From Escherichia coli (GTDB lineage: Bacteria; Pseudomonadota; Gammaproteobacteria; Enterobacterales; Enterobacteriaceae): a DNA stretch of 64,000 bases. The notes below the pieces were generated by a model that made no database searches, was not told where the DNA came from, and saw only the letters and a list, made by a program, of their open reading frames with translations. Location of the stretch: NCBI GenBank assembly GCA_029351405.1, contig GCA_029351405.1_4841.1; one strand, written 5' to 3'. Made by a program: the position numbers and the translations under genes. Of the stretch, positions 52,127-61,041 are shown in pieces. The first letter of the stretch is position 1. The number at the start of each line of letters is the position of its first letter.

Positions 52127-52354
52127 TTAACTCGGAATGTGTCTAGCGATCTTCTTGTTGATGTCGTCTAGCAGAATATTCATCGTATCTTTGCAGACCT
52201 CTACAGCCAATATCGATTTGGAATTCATGAATGAGCTGAAGATACCAGATTTCAAACGCCTCAACTCCTTTTCCGCTTCTTCAATCTGTCCCATGATGTA
52301 TTTCTTCGCGCCCTGTAGCTCTATAGCACGGATGTCTATTTCTTTATCGTTCAT
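52127..52354 (-). CDS. hypothetical protein (75 aa), coiled-coil-like
   Basis: ATG at 52354 with SD GGAGG. Confidence 0.5.
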   Translation of the reverse strand: MNDKEIDIRAIELQGAKKYIMGQIEEAEKELRRLKSGIFSSFMNSKSILAVEVCKDTMNILLDDINKKIARHIPS

Positions 52355-52403
52355 GATGACCTCCAATTAGTTTGGCACATCATATAGCGAATCCACATAA
52401 TGA

Positions 52404-52427
52404 AAAACCCCGCCGAAGCGGGGTTTT
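52404..52427. terminator. strong terminator after the major capsid gene
   Basis: AAAACCCCGCcgaaGCGGGGTTTT. The same hairpin recurs at 59066-59088, and a variant at 58579-58597. Confidence 0.8.
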
Positions 52428-52446
52428 GTAGGACCAGCCTGTTAGA

Positions 52447-53769
52447 TTAGAACAAGCCTTTGATCAGCCCTTTACGGAAGTACACGTTGCTGTCCTGGGC
52501 GATACCGTCCGCAGTCACATAGACCTGTGGATCCTGGTTCGCTGGGATCTGAACGAATGGGTTAGCACAAATCCCGTAGCGGGTCTTGAACGCCATACGT
52601 GGCGCGAAGGTGGTTTCACCCTGGGTGCGGTACATTTCCAGCGGCACATACGGCGCGAAGAAGATACCAGCATCCAGCGCGGTCGCGCCTTTGTATGCCA
52701 GGGTGATGTACTCTGCTACTGCATACGGGTCGATGTAAACGCGCATGCCGTTAGACAGAACACCAGCGAAGGTCTGACCAGTTGGGTCAATCGCCAGCTT
52801 GGTGTTTTCCTGCAGCGCCGGAGCATAATCCAGCATGCCGGACATCGCCAGAGCGGATGCTACGTTCGGAGAGCACAGAACACGGTTGCCTTTACCACGA
52901 CGGGTGTCAACACCGATGCCGTTCGCTTCAACTTCCAGCATGAAAGTCATGTACTTCCATTTTTCCAGCGCCCAACGACCGGAGATGTCAGTGGAGATGT
53001 CTACGATACCGTTGGTGCCGAATTTTTTGAAGCGTACTGCGCTGAAGTTCATGGTGCGGATAAACTCACGGTTCATCTCTGCCTGAATTTCAGTTACCAT
53101 CACGTCGGACAGGATGCTGTCAACGTCTTCGCCGTGGATCGCCATCATGTCCTGGCGCAGTTCGTGGCTGTAGTCAGCGTACAGGCCGCGAGACTTCGCA
53201 GTCACGGTTGCTTTCTGAACGGTGATACCGACACGTGCCCATGGGTTGGTGGTGGTGCCCAGCAGTTCAGCGTCGGTAGATGGCATGCCTTTACCGATGG
53301 TGGTGGTAGCAGCGCCGGAACCTTCGATCTCAGTCTGGGTAAAGCCAGATGGGTCGCCAGCCTGAGCAGTGCCGTCACCAGAATAGCCAGAATCAGCTTC
53401 CTGCATGAACAGTTCTTTACGGGACTGTGCAGTGTTGGAACCGTCTGCAACACCTTGGCGAGCACGCAGTGCGAAGATCTGACCGTCAGGACCAGACAGC
53501 GGCTGAACGCCGAAGAAGTCCATCGCGATGTTGACCGGAGCCAGACGTTTGGCCATGTCGATCAGGACTGGCTGCCATTTGCCCACAGAGGCGTTCACGG
53601 AGCCAGGAGCGTCGGATTCGCCCAGGTTTTTGGCGTTCCACTCAGCCTGGTTTTGCAGCAGACGGACGGCAACGTTTTCGGCAGAAAGCGGCTGGATGCT
53701 TTCAGATTCTTTCTGAAGAACCGGCAGCCACTGCTCGCGCATTTGTTCGGTAACAAGTTTCTTAGCCAT
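52447..53769 (-). CDS. gp23: major capsid protein (T4 gp23-like)
   Basis: FGVQPLSGPDGQIFALRA, AKSRGLYADYSHELRQDMMAIHG, KTRYGICANPF and C-terminal YFRKGLIKGLF parallel T4 gp23. ATG at 53769 (or 53778). Confidence 0.92.
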   Translation of the reverse strand: MAKKLVTEQMREQWLPVLQKESESIQPLSAENVAVRLLQNQAEWNAKNLGESDAPGSVNASVGKWQPVLIDMAKRLAPVNIAMDFFGVQPLSGPDGQIFALRARQGVADGSNTAQSRKELFMQEADSGYSGDGTAQAGDPSGFTQTEIEGSGAATTTIGKGMPSTDAELLGTTTNPWARVGITVQKATVTAKSRGLYADYSHELRQDMMAIHGEDVDSILSDVMVTEIQAEMNREFIRTMNFSAVRFKKFGTNGIVDISTDISGRWALEKWKYMTFMLEVEANGIGVDTRRGKGNRVLCSPNVASALAMSGMLDYAPALQENTKLAIDPTGQTFAGVLSNGMRVYIDPYAVAEYITLAYKGATALDAGIFFAPYVPLEMYRTQGETTFAPRMAFKTRYGICANPFVQIPANQDPQVYVTADGIAQDSNVYFRKGLIKGLF

Positions 53770-53808
53770 GATGGTCATTCCTTACATTGATATTCAGTTA
53801 AGTTGAAA

Positions 53809-53816
53809 TTACTTAG
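53809..53816 (-). promoter_or_regulatory. late motif CTAAGTAA
   Basis: Lies 40 nt upstream of the capsid ATG. Confidence 0.4.
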
Positions 53817-53860
53817 TAGTTCAAAATCAAGCCCCCTTTCGAGGGCTGTGGCTGCTAAAA

Positions 53861-54715
53861 TTAGCCGTTGATGCCGAAGCGACGATTATAGTCGGCCAAC
53901 TGACGCTTGATAGATTCTTTCAGCTCTTTGTCTGTTTCGTCTTCATCGTCATTGTCATCGCCTTCTTTCTTAGGCTTTTTGCCTTCTTCGACTTTACCAT
54001 CTTTGTTGTCGTCATCGCCGTCTTTACCGCCGACTTTGTCCTGGAAGTCATCGTCATCGTCATCACCTTCTTTCTTCACGGACTTACCTTCTACCAGGTT
54101 GCGGAAGGTGTGTACGCGGGAAGCGAATTCGCTTTCGGTGGTGAACTGCACAGCTTCCAGCAGATTGACAACCGTTGCTTTCTTGGTGTCGACCATACCT
54201 TCACAGACACGGGCGATCACAGAGTCACGCAGAGTCGCATTCGCGGCTTCTTTGATTTGACGGTTTTCGCTTTCGGCAATCGCAGCACGTCGTTCTGCTT
54301 CGGTCAGGCGGGCAGTCAGCGCAGCGATCTGGCCGTTTTCGTCGGTGGCAAAGTTAATACCAGCTTCTTTCAGAACACCAGTCAGGCCAGTCAGCAGATT
54401 TTCAGCCGCTTCACGTTTGATCTGAGCATCGATTGCAGGAGCGTTCTTGTTAGCCCACTCTTCTACAACCGCGTTCAGGAAGCCATCGACTTTGGTCGCG
54501 ATTTCCATCAAGTGAGACTCTTTCAGCTGAGCAATCTCAGCCTGATGAGCTTCAACCAGACGCAGGCGCTCAATGTTGGCAGCGTTTTCGGTTTCTTGAA
54601 TAGCGGTCAGGCGAGCGGCTTCTACTTTAGATTCCAGCAGACCAGATACTTTATCCAGGAAGTCGGTGCTGAGGCCGTTAACACCCTCAAACAGTTTTTG
54701 CAATTCAGGTTTCAT
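53861..54715 (-). CDS. gp22: prohead scaffold protein (T4 gp22-like)
   Basis: Coiled-coil sequence with an acidic DDDDDD tract. Position between the protease and MCP genes. Confidence 0.75.
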   Translation of the reverse strand: MKPELQKLFEGVNGLSTDFLDKVSGLLESKVEAARLTAIQETENAANIERLRLVEAHQAEIAQLKESHLMEIATKVDGFLNAVVEEWANKNAPAIDAQIKREAAENLLTGLTGVLKEAGINFATDENGQIAALTARLTEAERRAAIAESENRQIKEAANATLRDSVIARVCEGMVDTKKATVVNLLEAVQFTTESEFASRVHTFRNLVEGKSVKKEGDDDDDDFQDKVGGKDGDDDNKDGKVEEGKKPKKEGDDNDDEDETDKELKESIKRQLADYNRRFGING

Positions 54716-54741
54716 GATTGTTTCCTTCTGAACGATTTTCA

Positions 54742-54749
54742 GTATTTAG
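54742..54749 (-). promoter_or_regulatory. late motif CTAAATAC
   Basis: cactaaatactg, 27 nt upstream of the ATG at 54715. Confidence 0.5.
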
Positions 54750-54760
54750 TGAGGCTGAAT

Positions 54761-55429
54761 TCAGCCCAGATGTTTCAATGCGATATCGAGGCGGCGCAGG
54801 AAGTCGTCTTCTAACTGAATATTGGTTTTCACCAATGAATCGACCACATGCCCCTTAATGTCCTTAGGAACCCAAATTCCTGAAGATTCATCAAGCTGCC
54901 ATTCCACAGATTCGCTCACAGCCTTTACATAACAAACTTGTCCAGAAGGACGGTCGACTGCATCAACAGCAGTGAGCATAAAGCCGGGTTGAACGTCATC
55001 ATAGCCGTTCACTGACTTGGTCTCACCAAGGCCACGTGTAGACACGGCCAGGTTGAAGTCTGCTTCAGCCAGAGCACGAATGATCTGACCTTTCGGTGTA
55101 TTCAGGATCCGCGCTCGACCGATAGCGTTGGTGCCTTCCCAGCGCAAAGATTCGGTTTTGAGTGCAGCGTGTTCGATATCGGGGAAAGGATAATCCGGAT
55201 GCTTGAGTTCACCGATTGCACGACGATCCTGGATATACTCTTTGTCGTATGCTTCGACAGCAGGGATACCCACCTTTTGGAGATCGTAGTTGCGACCATT
55301 ACGGTTCACCTGGTTACACATCACGAATGGACCTTCGATGTACATGGCTTTTCCGCCAGTAGCCGTGGCCGCTTCACCAATCTGAAGGTCTTTCCCTATC
55401 GCAGTGATCTCACGCAACAGTTTCATCAT
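54761..55429 (-). CDS. gp21: prohead core protease (T4 gp21-like)
   Basis: YIEGPFVMCNQVNRNGRNY, GELKHP and STRGLG parallel T4 gp21 YIEGIFLQAEVVNRNKRLY, GELNHP and SSRGLG. Confidence 0.88.
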   Translation of the reverse strand: MMKLLREITAIGKDLQIGEAATATGGKAMYIEGPFVMCNQVNRNGRNYDLQKVGIPAVEAYDKEYIQDRRAIGELKHPDYPFPDIEHAALKTESLRWEGTNAIGRARILNTPKGQIIRALAEADFNLAVSTRGLGETKSVNGYDDVQPGFMLTAVDAVDRPSGQVCYVKAVSESVEWQLDESSGIWVPKDIKGHVVDSLVKTNIQLEDDFLRRLDIALKHLG

Positions 55430-55436
55430 TCGCTCC

Positions 55437-55742
55437 TTAACTCAGTCCCATCATACGACGGAACTTCATTGCTTTTTTCTTACGACGCTCGATTTTGCGC
55501 TGGTATCCCATACCCATGCGTTTCTTGGCTCGGATCGCCTTGCGGTTGCCCAGCTTGCGAGTACGGCGCTCACTGGCGACCATCACCTCACAACGGGAAC
55601 CATCCGCAGACAGTTTGAAACCAGGAGCACACTGCAGACGGCGACGGCGTTTGCCTTTTGCGTTCACCTTGTCAATGACTTTCTGCTCATCCATGCGGGA
55701 AGCCAGGAAATCAGCGAACGTTGCAACTTCTTCGATTTCCAT
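55437..55742 (-). CDS. prohead core protein (gp68-like position), highly basic
   Basis: 101 aa, Arg/Lys-rich. Position as in the T4 order 20-67-68-21. Confidence 0.55.
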   Translation of the reverse strand: MEIEEVATFADFLASRMDEQKVIDKVNAKGKRRRRLQCAPGFKLSADGSRCEVMVASERRTRKLGNRKAIRAKKRMGMGYQRKIERRKKKAMKFRRMMGLS

Positions 55743-55754
55743 GATACATTCCTC

Positions 55755-55925
55755 TTACTGGTCGTCGCCGAAAGGACCCATGTCTTGGCTCAGGGAGTTC
55801 AAGACATATTCAGTGCCCTGCTGGACCAGTTCTTGGGCGCGAGCGGACAGTTCCATTTCGCATTCAGCAGTAGCGGCATCAGTATCACCAGCGATGATTG
55901 CTTTTACCAGATCGATAGCGGCCAT
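55755..55925 (-). CDS. small acidic prohead core protein (gp67-like position)
   Basis: ATG at 55925 (8 nt after SD GAGGAT) or at 55931. The ORF-track GTG start overlaps the portal gene. Confidence 0.5.
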   Translation of the reverse strand: MAAIDLVKAIIAGDTDAATAECEMELSARAQELVQQGTEYVLNSLSQDMGPFGDDQ

Positions 55926-55949
55926 GTTCATATCCTCTAAATGTTTTCT

Positions 55950-55957
55950 ATACTTAG
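55950..55957 (-). promoter_or_regulatory. late motif CTAAGTAT
   Basis: Lies in the 30-nt gap after the portal stop. Confidence 0.4.
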
Positions 55958-55962
55958 TCGAA

Positions 55963-57657
55963 TTATTCTTCACCACCAGGAGGGTTAGTCGCTGGGATGA
56001 CGTTAGGTCTGAATTTCAGTGGACTGACTTCCCCGCTGCCGAAGCCGCCGGACTCATCTGCCTGCACTTCAGGGTATTTGCCTTCTTTCTTCTCTTTCTC
56101 GATCTTCTCTTGCTGGTCTTTGATGTCTTCATCGGACATACGCAGCAAATTGCGTTGAGCAAAATCGATAGAGAAGAGAGTGCCGATATATGGTTCGATC
56201 TGACCGAGAGCCGCCATACGCTGTGACAAGATTTCGTTCTCTTGTTGTTCACGGATGAAGCTGTCAGAAGTGAATTCGAACTTGACGAACGGCTTGATCT
56301 TCTCATTCCAGTCAGCCTGATCTGTAATGCCTTTCAATATCAGCTGGCGGCGCAGAAGTTCCAGGAAGATACCAGAAGAATAACGACGGCGCAGGCTCGC
56401 ACAGAACTTGTTGAAGCGCAGTTCTTCCTGTGTGATTTCAGCAAGATTGGAACCACCGATGTTGATGGAACCTTCCTCTTGCAGGCGGCTCTTAGGGATC
56501 ATCAGAGCCTCGTAGAGCTTCTCGCGGAAGTATACCACATGATCCATTTGACCCAGTTGATCGCCACCGCCTACGTTGGAGATCTCGGTTGCGTTCTGCC
56601 CTTCGCGACGTGGTAGCCAGTAGTCCTCAGCGATACCCATCAAATGAGTGTTACCAGCCACCTTACCAGTGGTGCGATCATACGCCAGACGGTTCTTGAA
56701 TTTGCCCATCATGGCTTGCATGTATTCTTCGGCCGACTTCTTACCCAGCGTACCCACGTCGAGATAGAACGCTCGCTTCTCAGGAGCACGTGTGATCGCA
56801 TAGATTACCGTTGCATCTTCAGTTGTAACAAGGTTGTTCAGGGGACGGATAGCCGGGTTCAGCAGGCTTGGCACAACCCCATTCGCCAGAGGCTCTTCAC
56901 CACTGTCCAGATACACTATGCTCTCATCATCAAACACCAGCTCTTGCTGTGACGGTTGGAAGTTCTGAGACGTACCGGACTGGCCAGTGAATTGGTTGCG
57001 GTTGTAGTTCGGGTTGTAGTAGTATTGAAGTTTTACGTCATTGATGACTTCGATACCGTCGCGCATCGCTTTTTGAACGATGTATACAGGACGGATACAG
57101 CGTGAGTCCATCATGATGAGTTTGGCGATACCCGCTTTCTTGTTCTTCGGGTCCACTACAACGTGGAATGCCTGACGGCCTTCAATATACCATTTGCGGA
57201 TCTTCTGATACGCCGTGTTGTCAAAGTCAAGGAGATGCATGATCTCTTTGAATGCGTCAGTGATCTTCTCTTTGACTTCTTCTGTGATACCATCTACCTT
57301 TTCCAGGTTGATGGTTACAGGAGTCTCTTCCTCTTCACAAGTGACGACGTCGTTGACAATGATATCCACAGCCTTACGAATCTCAGGCTGCTGAGCCATA
57401 GACTGGTACTCTTCGACCAGCTGTTTGACGTTGAGCAACTCATTCTCAACACCAACGAAATTGAATGTGTTCGCGCCGCCCTGGAGGATGATGGAACCAT
57501 CCTGAGAATCGTCCAGCGCAACAACAGTCGCTTTTGAAAGCAACTTCTCTTCTTGGTTCGTGACCATCTTGTCGGTATCAATCGGCGCTTCTACTTTGCC
57601 GCCTCTACCGAACAGGCCGAAGAACCCATTTCCGAATGCACCATTACCGAATGCCAT
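55963..57657 (-). CDS. gp20: portal protein (T4 gp20-like)
   Basis: 564 aa. Called from its position upstream of the head core genes and its size and charge pattern. Confidence 0.8.
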   Translation of the reverse strand: MAFGNGAFGNGFFGLFGRGGKVEAPIDTDKMVTNQEEKLLSKATVVALDDSQDGSIILQGGANTFNFVGVENELLNVKQLVEEYQSMAQQPEIRKAVDIIVNDVVTCEEEETPVTINLEKVDGITEEVKEKITDAFKEIMHLLDFDNTAYQKIRKWYIEGRQAFHVVVDPKNKKAGIAKLIMMDSRCIRPVYIVQKAMRDGIEVINDVKLQYYYNPNYNRNQFTGQSGTSQNFQPSQQELVFDDESIVYLDSGEEPLANGVVPSLLNPAIRPLNNLVTTEDATVIYAITRAPEKRAFYLDVGTLGKKSAEEYMQAMMGKFKNRLAYDRTTGKVAGNTHLMGIAEDYWLPRREGQNATEISNVGGGDQLGQMDHVVYFREKLYEALMIPKSRLQEEGSINIGGSNLAEITQEELRFNKFCASLRRRYSSGIFLELLRRQLILKGITDQADWNEKIKPFVKFEFTSDSFIREQQENEILSQRMAALGQIEPYIGTLFSIDFAQRNLLRMSDEDIKDQQEKIEKEKKEGKYPEVQADESGGFGSGEVSPLKFRPNVIPATNPPGGEE

Positions 57658-57680
57658 GATTAAGTCCTCAACATTTTCTT

Positions 57681-57688
57681 GTAATTAG
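57681..57688 (-). promoter_or_regulatory. late motif CTAATTAC
   Basis: cactaattac, 24 nt upstream of the portal ATG. Confidence 0.45.
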
Positions 57689-57722
57689 TGAGGGGGAATA
57701 AGATCCCCCAGCACTGAGGACA

Positions 57723-58256
57723 TTAGAGAGACTTGTCTGAGATGGCCTGGAAGTAACGCAGGTCAACAGTGAACTGAGTATAAGAGTCCATTGCAGACAT
57801 GTCCAGTTCCAGCTGACCGAGGTTCTGAGGCCAGGTGCCCTGAAGGGTCCAAGTCTTGGTGACGTTGTCATTCGCATCCAGCAGTTCCATGATTACATCA
57901 CGGAAATAATCATCTGGGTTAGCAGACGCACGGTTGTTGTTGCTGCCGTTGATATACTGCTGCCAGACTTCGAATGCGTTGTACGGGGCGTTGTCCACAA
58001 CGTTGATAAACGTTACAGGCAGAGCCTCGAAGCGGCGGTCACCTGGGAATGGAAGTTCACGACCACCCCATGGGACGAGTATTTCCCCGAGCTGGCCTGT
58101 TGGGGTATTTGTGGTCACCGCCAACAGCGAAACATCACGGATAGTATCGCTTCCAGCCACGAAGGAAGGGAAGTTAACAGTCACACGCCAACGGTGTTGG
58201 CGCTGAACGCCACCCCCGCGTGACATAGCTGCTCTGAATTCATTAACTGTAGCCAT
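57723..58256 (-). CDS. gp19: tail tube protein (T4 gp19-like)
   Basis: 177 aa. RWRVTVNFP...GDRRFEALPVTFIN...WTLQGTWPQNLGQLELDMS parallels T4 gp19 ...GDRTFDDWTVTVMN...IEIKGLWPTNVGELQLDWD. Confidence 0.85.
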   Translation of the reverse strand: MATVNEFRAAMSRGGGVQRQHRWRVTVNFPSFVAGSDTIRDVSLLAVTTNTPTGQLGEILVPWGGRELPFPGDRRFEALPVTFINVVDNAPYNAFEVWQQYINGSNNNRASANPDDYFRDVIMELLDANDNVTKTWTLQGTWPQNLGQLELDMSAMDSYTQFTVDLRYFQAISDKSL

Positions 58257-58281
58257 GGTCGTTCTCCTCTGAATAGTGTAA

Positions 58282-58289
58282 ATATTTAG
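58282..58289 (-). promoter_or_regulatory. late motif CTAAATAT
   Basis: Lies 26 nt upstream of the tube ATG. Confidence 0.5.
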
Positions 58290-58363
58290 TTTTGAAATAA
58301 ATGGGGGTTAAAATACTCCAAAGTGAAGATATTTATTATGTCATTCCCCGATAAAAATTATTC

Positions 58364-58578
58364 ATGCTGGGAACGATGAAACGCAATCCGGGTTTGTTGG
58401 ATAACATCCGACGACCGAAACTGAATGCCGCTCTTGGGTTGATAGTAAACTCAGGAAAGAGAAATTCCTTAAACTTGGATACGATGTAGAAGGTAAAACA
58501 GAGGATATGCTGGCGATAGAAGCCGGGTTGGGGCGTATCTGGGGGTGTGGTCTTATCCGGTATGAACAGGAAAACTAA
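58364..58578 (+). pseudogene. decayed gene remnant on the plus strand (possible homing-endonuclease relic)
   Basis: A 41-codon ATG ORF (MLGTMKRNPGLLDNIRRPKLNAAL...) ends at TAG 58487. An overlapping frame is open from 58405 to TAA 58576-58578 with no start (..SWVDSKLRKEKFLKLGYDVEGKTEDMLAIEAGLGRIWGCGLIRYEQEN). No SD. Confidence 0.4.
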
Positions 58579-58597
58579 AACCCCGCCTCAGCGGGGT
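58579..58597. terminator. hairpin terminator
   Basis: CCCCGCctcaGCGGGG. On the minus strand it is followed by TTTTAGTTTT. Confidence 0.7.
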
Positions 58598-58603
58598 AAA
58601 CTA

Positions 58604-58960
58604 CTATTTGCGAATGCCAACCTGAGCATAATACACATGATAATCACCGTGGGTACGGAAGCTGGTGAGGTGGAAGGTGACGAGGTGGCTCCCGAAAGCT
58701 ACAACTTTGGTATCTGGGGAGCATAAATCATTAGTTAGTTCACCCAGAACCTTACCACAAAACTCCCCAACAATAGCGTTAAATCTGTCAATGTGTGGAC
58801 TGGTCACCGTCATTGGACCAACATCTGCACAGTAGATCCCTTTTATCATCTTTCCCTGGCTGTCGCGTACTGGCTTTGCAGGCTGGTAAGGGTTGACGCG
58901 GCGTTTCAGGTTACAGAGGCCGATTTCTTTCAGGATAGCGTTAATTTCGGTCTTGGTCAT
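58604..58960 (-). CDS. hypothetical early-type protein (118 aa) inserted between the sheath and tube genes
   Basis: ATG at 58960 in the exact cassette TTGAAACGAAGGATCTATATCATG. Has its own early promoter and terminator. Confidence 0.6.
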   Translation of the reverse strand: MTKTEINAILKEIGLCNLKRRVNPYQPAKPVRDSQGKMIKGIYCADVGPMTVTSPHIDRFNAIVGEFCGKVLGELTNDLCSPDTKVVAFGSHLVTFHLTSFRTHGDYHVYYAQVGIRK

Positions 58961-59008
58961 GATATAGATCCTTCGTTTCAAGTTGGTGTCGTACTGCTTA
59001 TGTTTAGA

Positions 59009-59036
59009 ATTATACGTGAGTTATTGAAGAAGTAAA
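59009..59036 (-). promoter_or_regulatory. early promoter TTTACT-N16-TATAAT (cassette copy C)
   Basis: Minus strand reads ttattgaattacTTTACTtcttcaataactcacgTATAATtctaaacataagcagtacgacaccaac. Confidence 0.65.
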
Positions 59037-59065
59037 GTAATTCAATAAAATAATCTGGAAAATTT

Positions 59066-59088
59066 AAAACCCCGCCGAAGCGGGGTTT
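59066..59088 (-). terminator. terminator after the tail sheath gene
   Basis: AAAACCCCGCcgaaGCGGGGTTT, identical core to the hairpin at 52404-52427. Confidence 0.75.
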
Positions 59089-59093
59089 GTTTA

Positions 59094-60989
59094 TCAGGAA
59101 GCGGCTACGATACCACCGCCAGTTTCGATCTCGCTGAACTCCATGTCCGGACGTACCGCAGCAAAGTCCAGATACACCCAGTTGATGGAGTATTCTGGTT
59201 TCAGCCAGATACCCGCGACCATCTGGTTCGCAGCGATAACATCAGCGGTGTTATTGTCCTCGTCACACTTCACCATCCCGTCATAGATCGCGCCCATGTT
59301 GGCCAACTGGCGGATATATGGGCGGACAGCGTTGCTGAACAACCCACGAGTGAATGCATCGTTGTTCTCACCAAGGTAGTATTTGGCGATGGCTGCGATA
59401 TTCTGCTCTGCCATAATGAACAGACCACGAACGTTGATGCGGTCGAACGCAGATGGGCGGGTCAGGCCAGTCTTGTCGCCGTACAACACGATGCCTTCGT
59501 TGGAGAAGGTGACGATGCTGTTGATCTGGTTGCGATACAGCACAGCACGCTCATCAGAAGACGCAGACCACGCCATTCGATTATAGTTGTTGTATTTACC
59601 ACGGTTGTGGAACGCTGGAGATTTGTAGATACCCGCGATTTCAATGCTTCGCGCCCAAACACCTGCGGTGCCGCCACAAGCCGGAATCCAACGCATTTTG
59701 TCGTTGTACTTGTCGTACACATACGCCCAGTTGTCATCCATGAAGAAGTAGGAGGAGTCGCGAACAAGGCTTTCACGCCAGGCCACAACATCATCCATCT
59801 CACGGCCACGGTTTCCGACGACCGTATCGCGAAGAGGAGACACAAAGGACACTGTGTCTTTACGCTCAGTGGACAGGTCGATCAGTGCCTGCTGCTCAAT
59901 CAGTTCTTCACAGAAACCGAACACTGGCTTGGCATCATACGCTTCGGCGTTGTTCAGTGCCTGGATAGCCGCAACACGGTTCCCAGTGTAATCGTCTACA
60001 CCACCTTCGAGTTCAATGACACCAGCAGCCAGGGTAGTGGCGAAGGTGTACACCCAATTTGAGGTGCCGTTGATCACGTCTTTGAAGTACGCATTGGATC
60101 CATCAGATTTCTTAGAACCCTGAGCGGTCTGCACCAGTTCATACTTCTCGATGATCGTACCGGAAGCGCCAACAGTGGTGACGGCAGCGGTAGCAGTCAG
60201 ACCATTCGCGTCTGGAACAATCGCAGTCGCAGCCTGAGGACCGATTGCTTTGTGGGTGACGGTGACGGTGTTGGACTTCACGACAACAGAAGAATACACG
60301 TCAGACAGAGACGTCAGCGCGGTTCCGATCTTTGTCGCCAGAGTCGCCGGAGTATCAGCGTCAGTGTACGCCACGGCTTCCCCAGCAACAGAGATGGAAC
60401 CAGCAGCGGTGGCAGTACCGGATACAGAGATACGATCAACCTGGCTAACAGCGCCAGAAGAGTCTGTGATGCGACCTACTTTGTCAACGATGGCGATATG
60501 GTACTCGCCAGCCTGCGGAGCATATGCGAAGTTGTTACGGAATTCCCAGGTCGGGAACAGTGCAGCATCACAGATGTTCACAGCAATGTCGTTACCCAGA
60601 GAGCCAGCATAGCGGCCTGTCCAAGTAATAGACGCAGATGGGGACGCAGTTTCGAAGTCTAGTTTGTTGCGGATAAGGATTGCAGTCTGACCTTTGGTTA
60701 CAGCGTTGCGTGCCGCCGGACCGACCACACGGGTCACCCATGCAACAGAGCTGTAAGACAGGAAGTCAGCAATCACCAAGAAGTCGGTGGCAGTTGCATC
60801 GTTTGGCTTGAAGAATTTCTTTACCAGACCAGTTTCGCCACCAGTGACCAACACAGGGAGTTCTGCTTCACCCCATTGGAATTTGCCGACAGTCGCACCC
60901 TGAACAACAACGGATGGAGACGTCTGAAGCGTGGCATCACGCTCAGTCCACTGTACGGACGGCGCAACGCTGAAGCTTTGAGTTGCCAT
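59094..60989 (-). CDS. gp18: tail sheath protein (T4 gp18-like)
   Basis: 631 aa from the ATG at 60989 (MATQSFSV). Sits between TerL and the tube gene. C-terminal region AGIYKSPAFHNRG...GDKT is sheath-like. Confidence 0.8.
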   Translation of the reverse strand: MATQSFSVAPSVQWTERDATLQTSPSVVVQGATVGKFQWGEAELPVLVTGGETGLVKKFFKPNDATATDFLVIADFLSYSSVAWVTRVVGPAARNAVTKGQTAILIRNKLDFETASPSASITWTGRYAGSLGNDIAVNICDAALFPTWEFRNNFAYAPQAGEYHIAIVDKVGRITDSSGAVSQVDRISVSGTATAAGSISVAGEAVAYTDADTPATLATKIGTALTSLSDVYSSVVVKSNTVTVTHKAIGPQAATAIVPDANGLTATAAVTTVGASGTIIEKYELVQTAQGSKKSDGSNAYFKDVINGTSNWVYTFATTLAAGVIELEGGVDDYTGNRVAAIQALNNAEAYDAKPVFGFCEELIEQQALIDLSTERKDTVSFVSPLRDTVVGNRGREMDDVVAWRESLVRDSSYFFMDDNWAYVYDKYNDKMRWIPACGGTAGVWARSIEIAGIYKSPAFHNRGKYNNYNRMAWSASSDERAVLYRNQINSIVTFSNEGIVLYGDKTGLTRPSAFDRINVRGLFIMAEQNIAAIAKYYLGENNDAFTRGLFSNAVRPYIRQLANMGAIYDGMVKCDEDNNTADVIAANQMVAGIWLKPEYSINWVYLDFAAVRPDMEFSEIETGGGIVAAS

Positions 60990-61030
60990 AATCTTATTCC
61001 TTCTCTGTAGAGTTTCGCTCAATTTGAAAG

Positions 61031-61038
61031 ATATTTAG
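61031..61038 (-). promoter_or_regulatory. late motif CTAAATAT
   Basis: cactaaatatc, 42 nt upstream of the sheath ATG, in the gap after TerL. Confidence 0.5.
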
Positions 61039-61041
61039 TGA

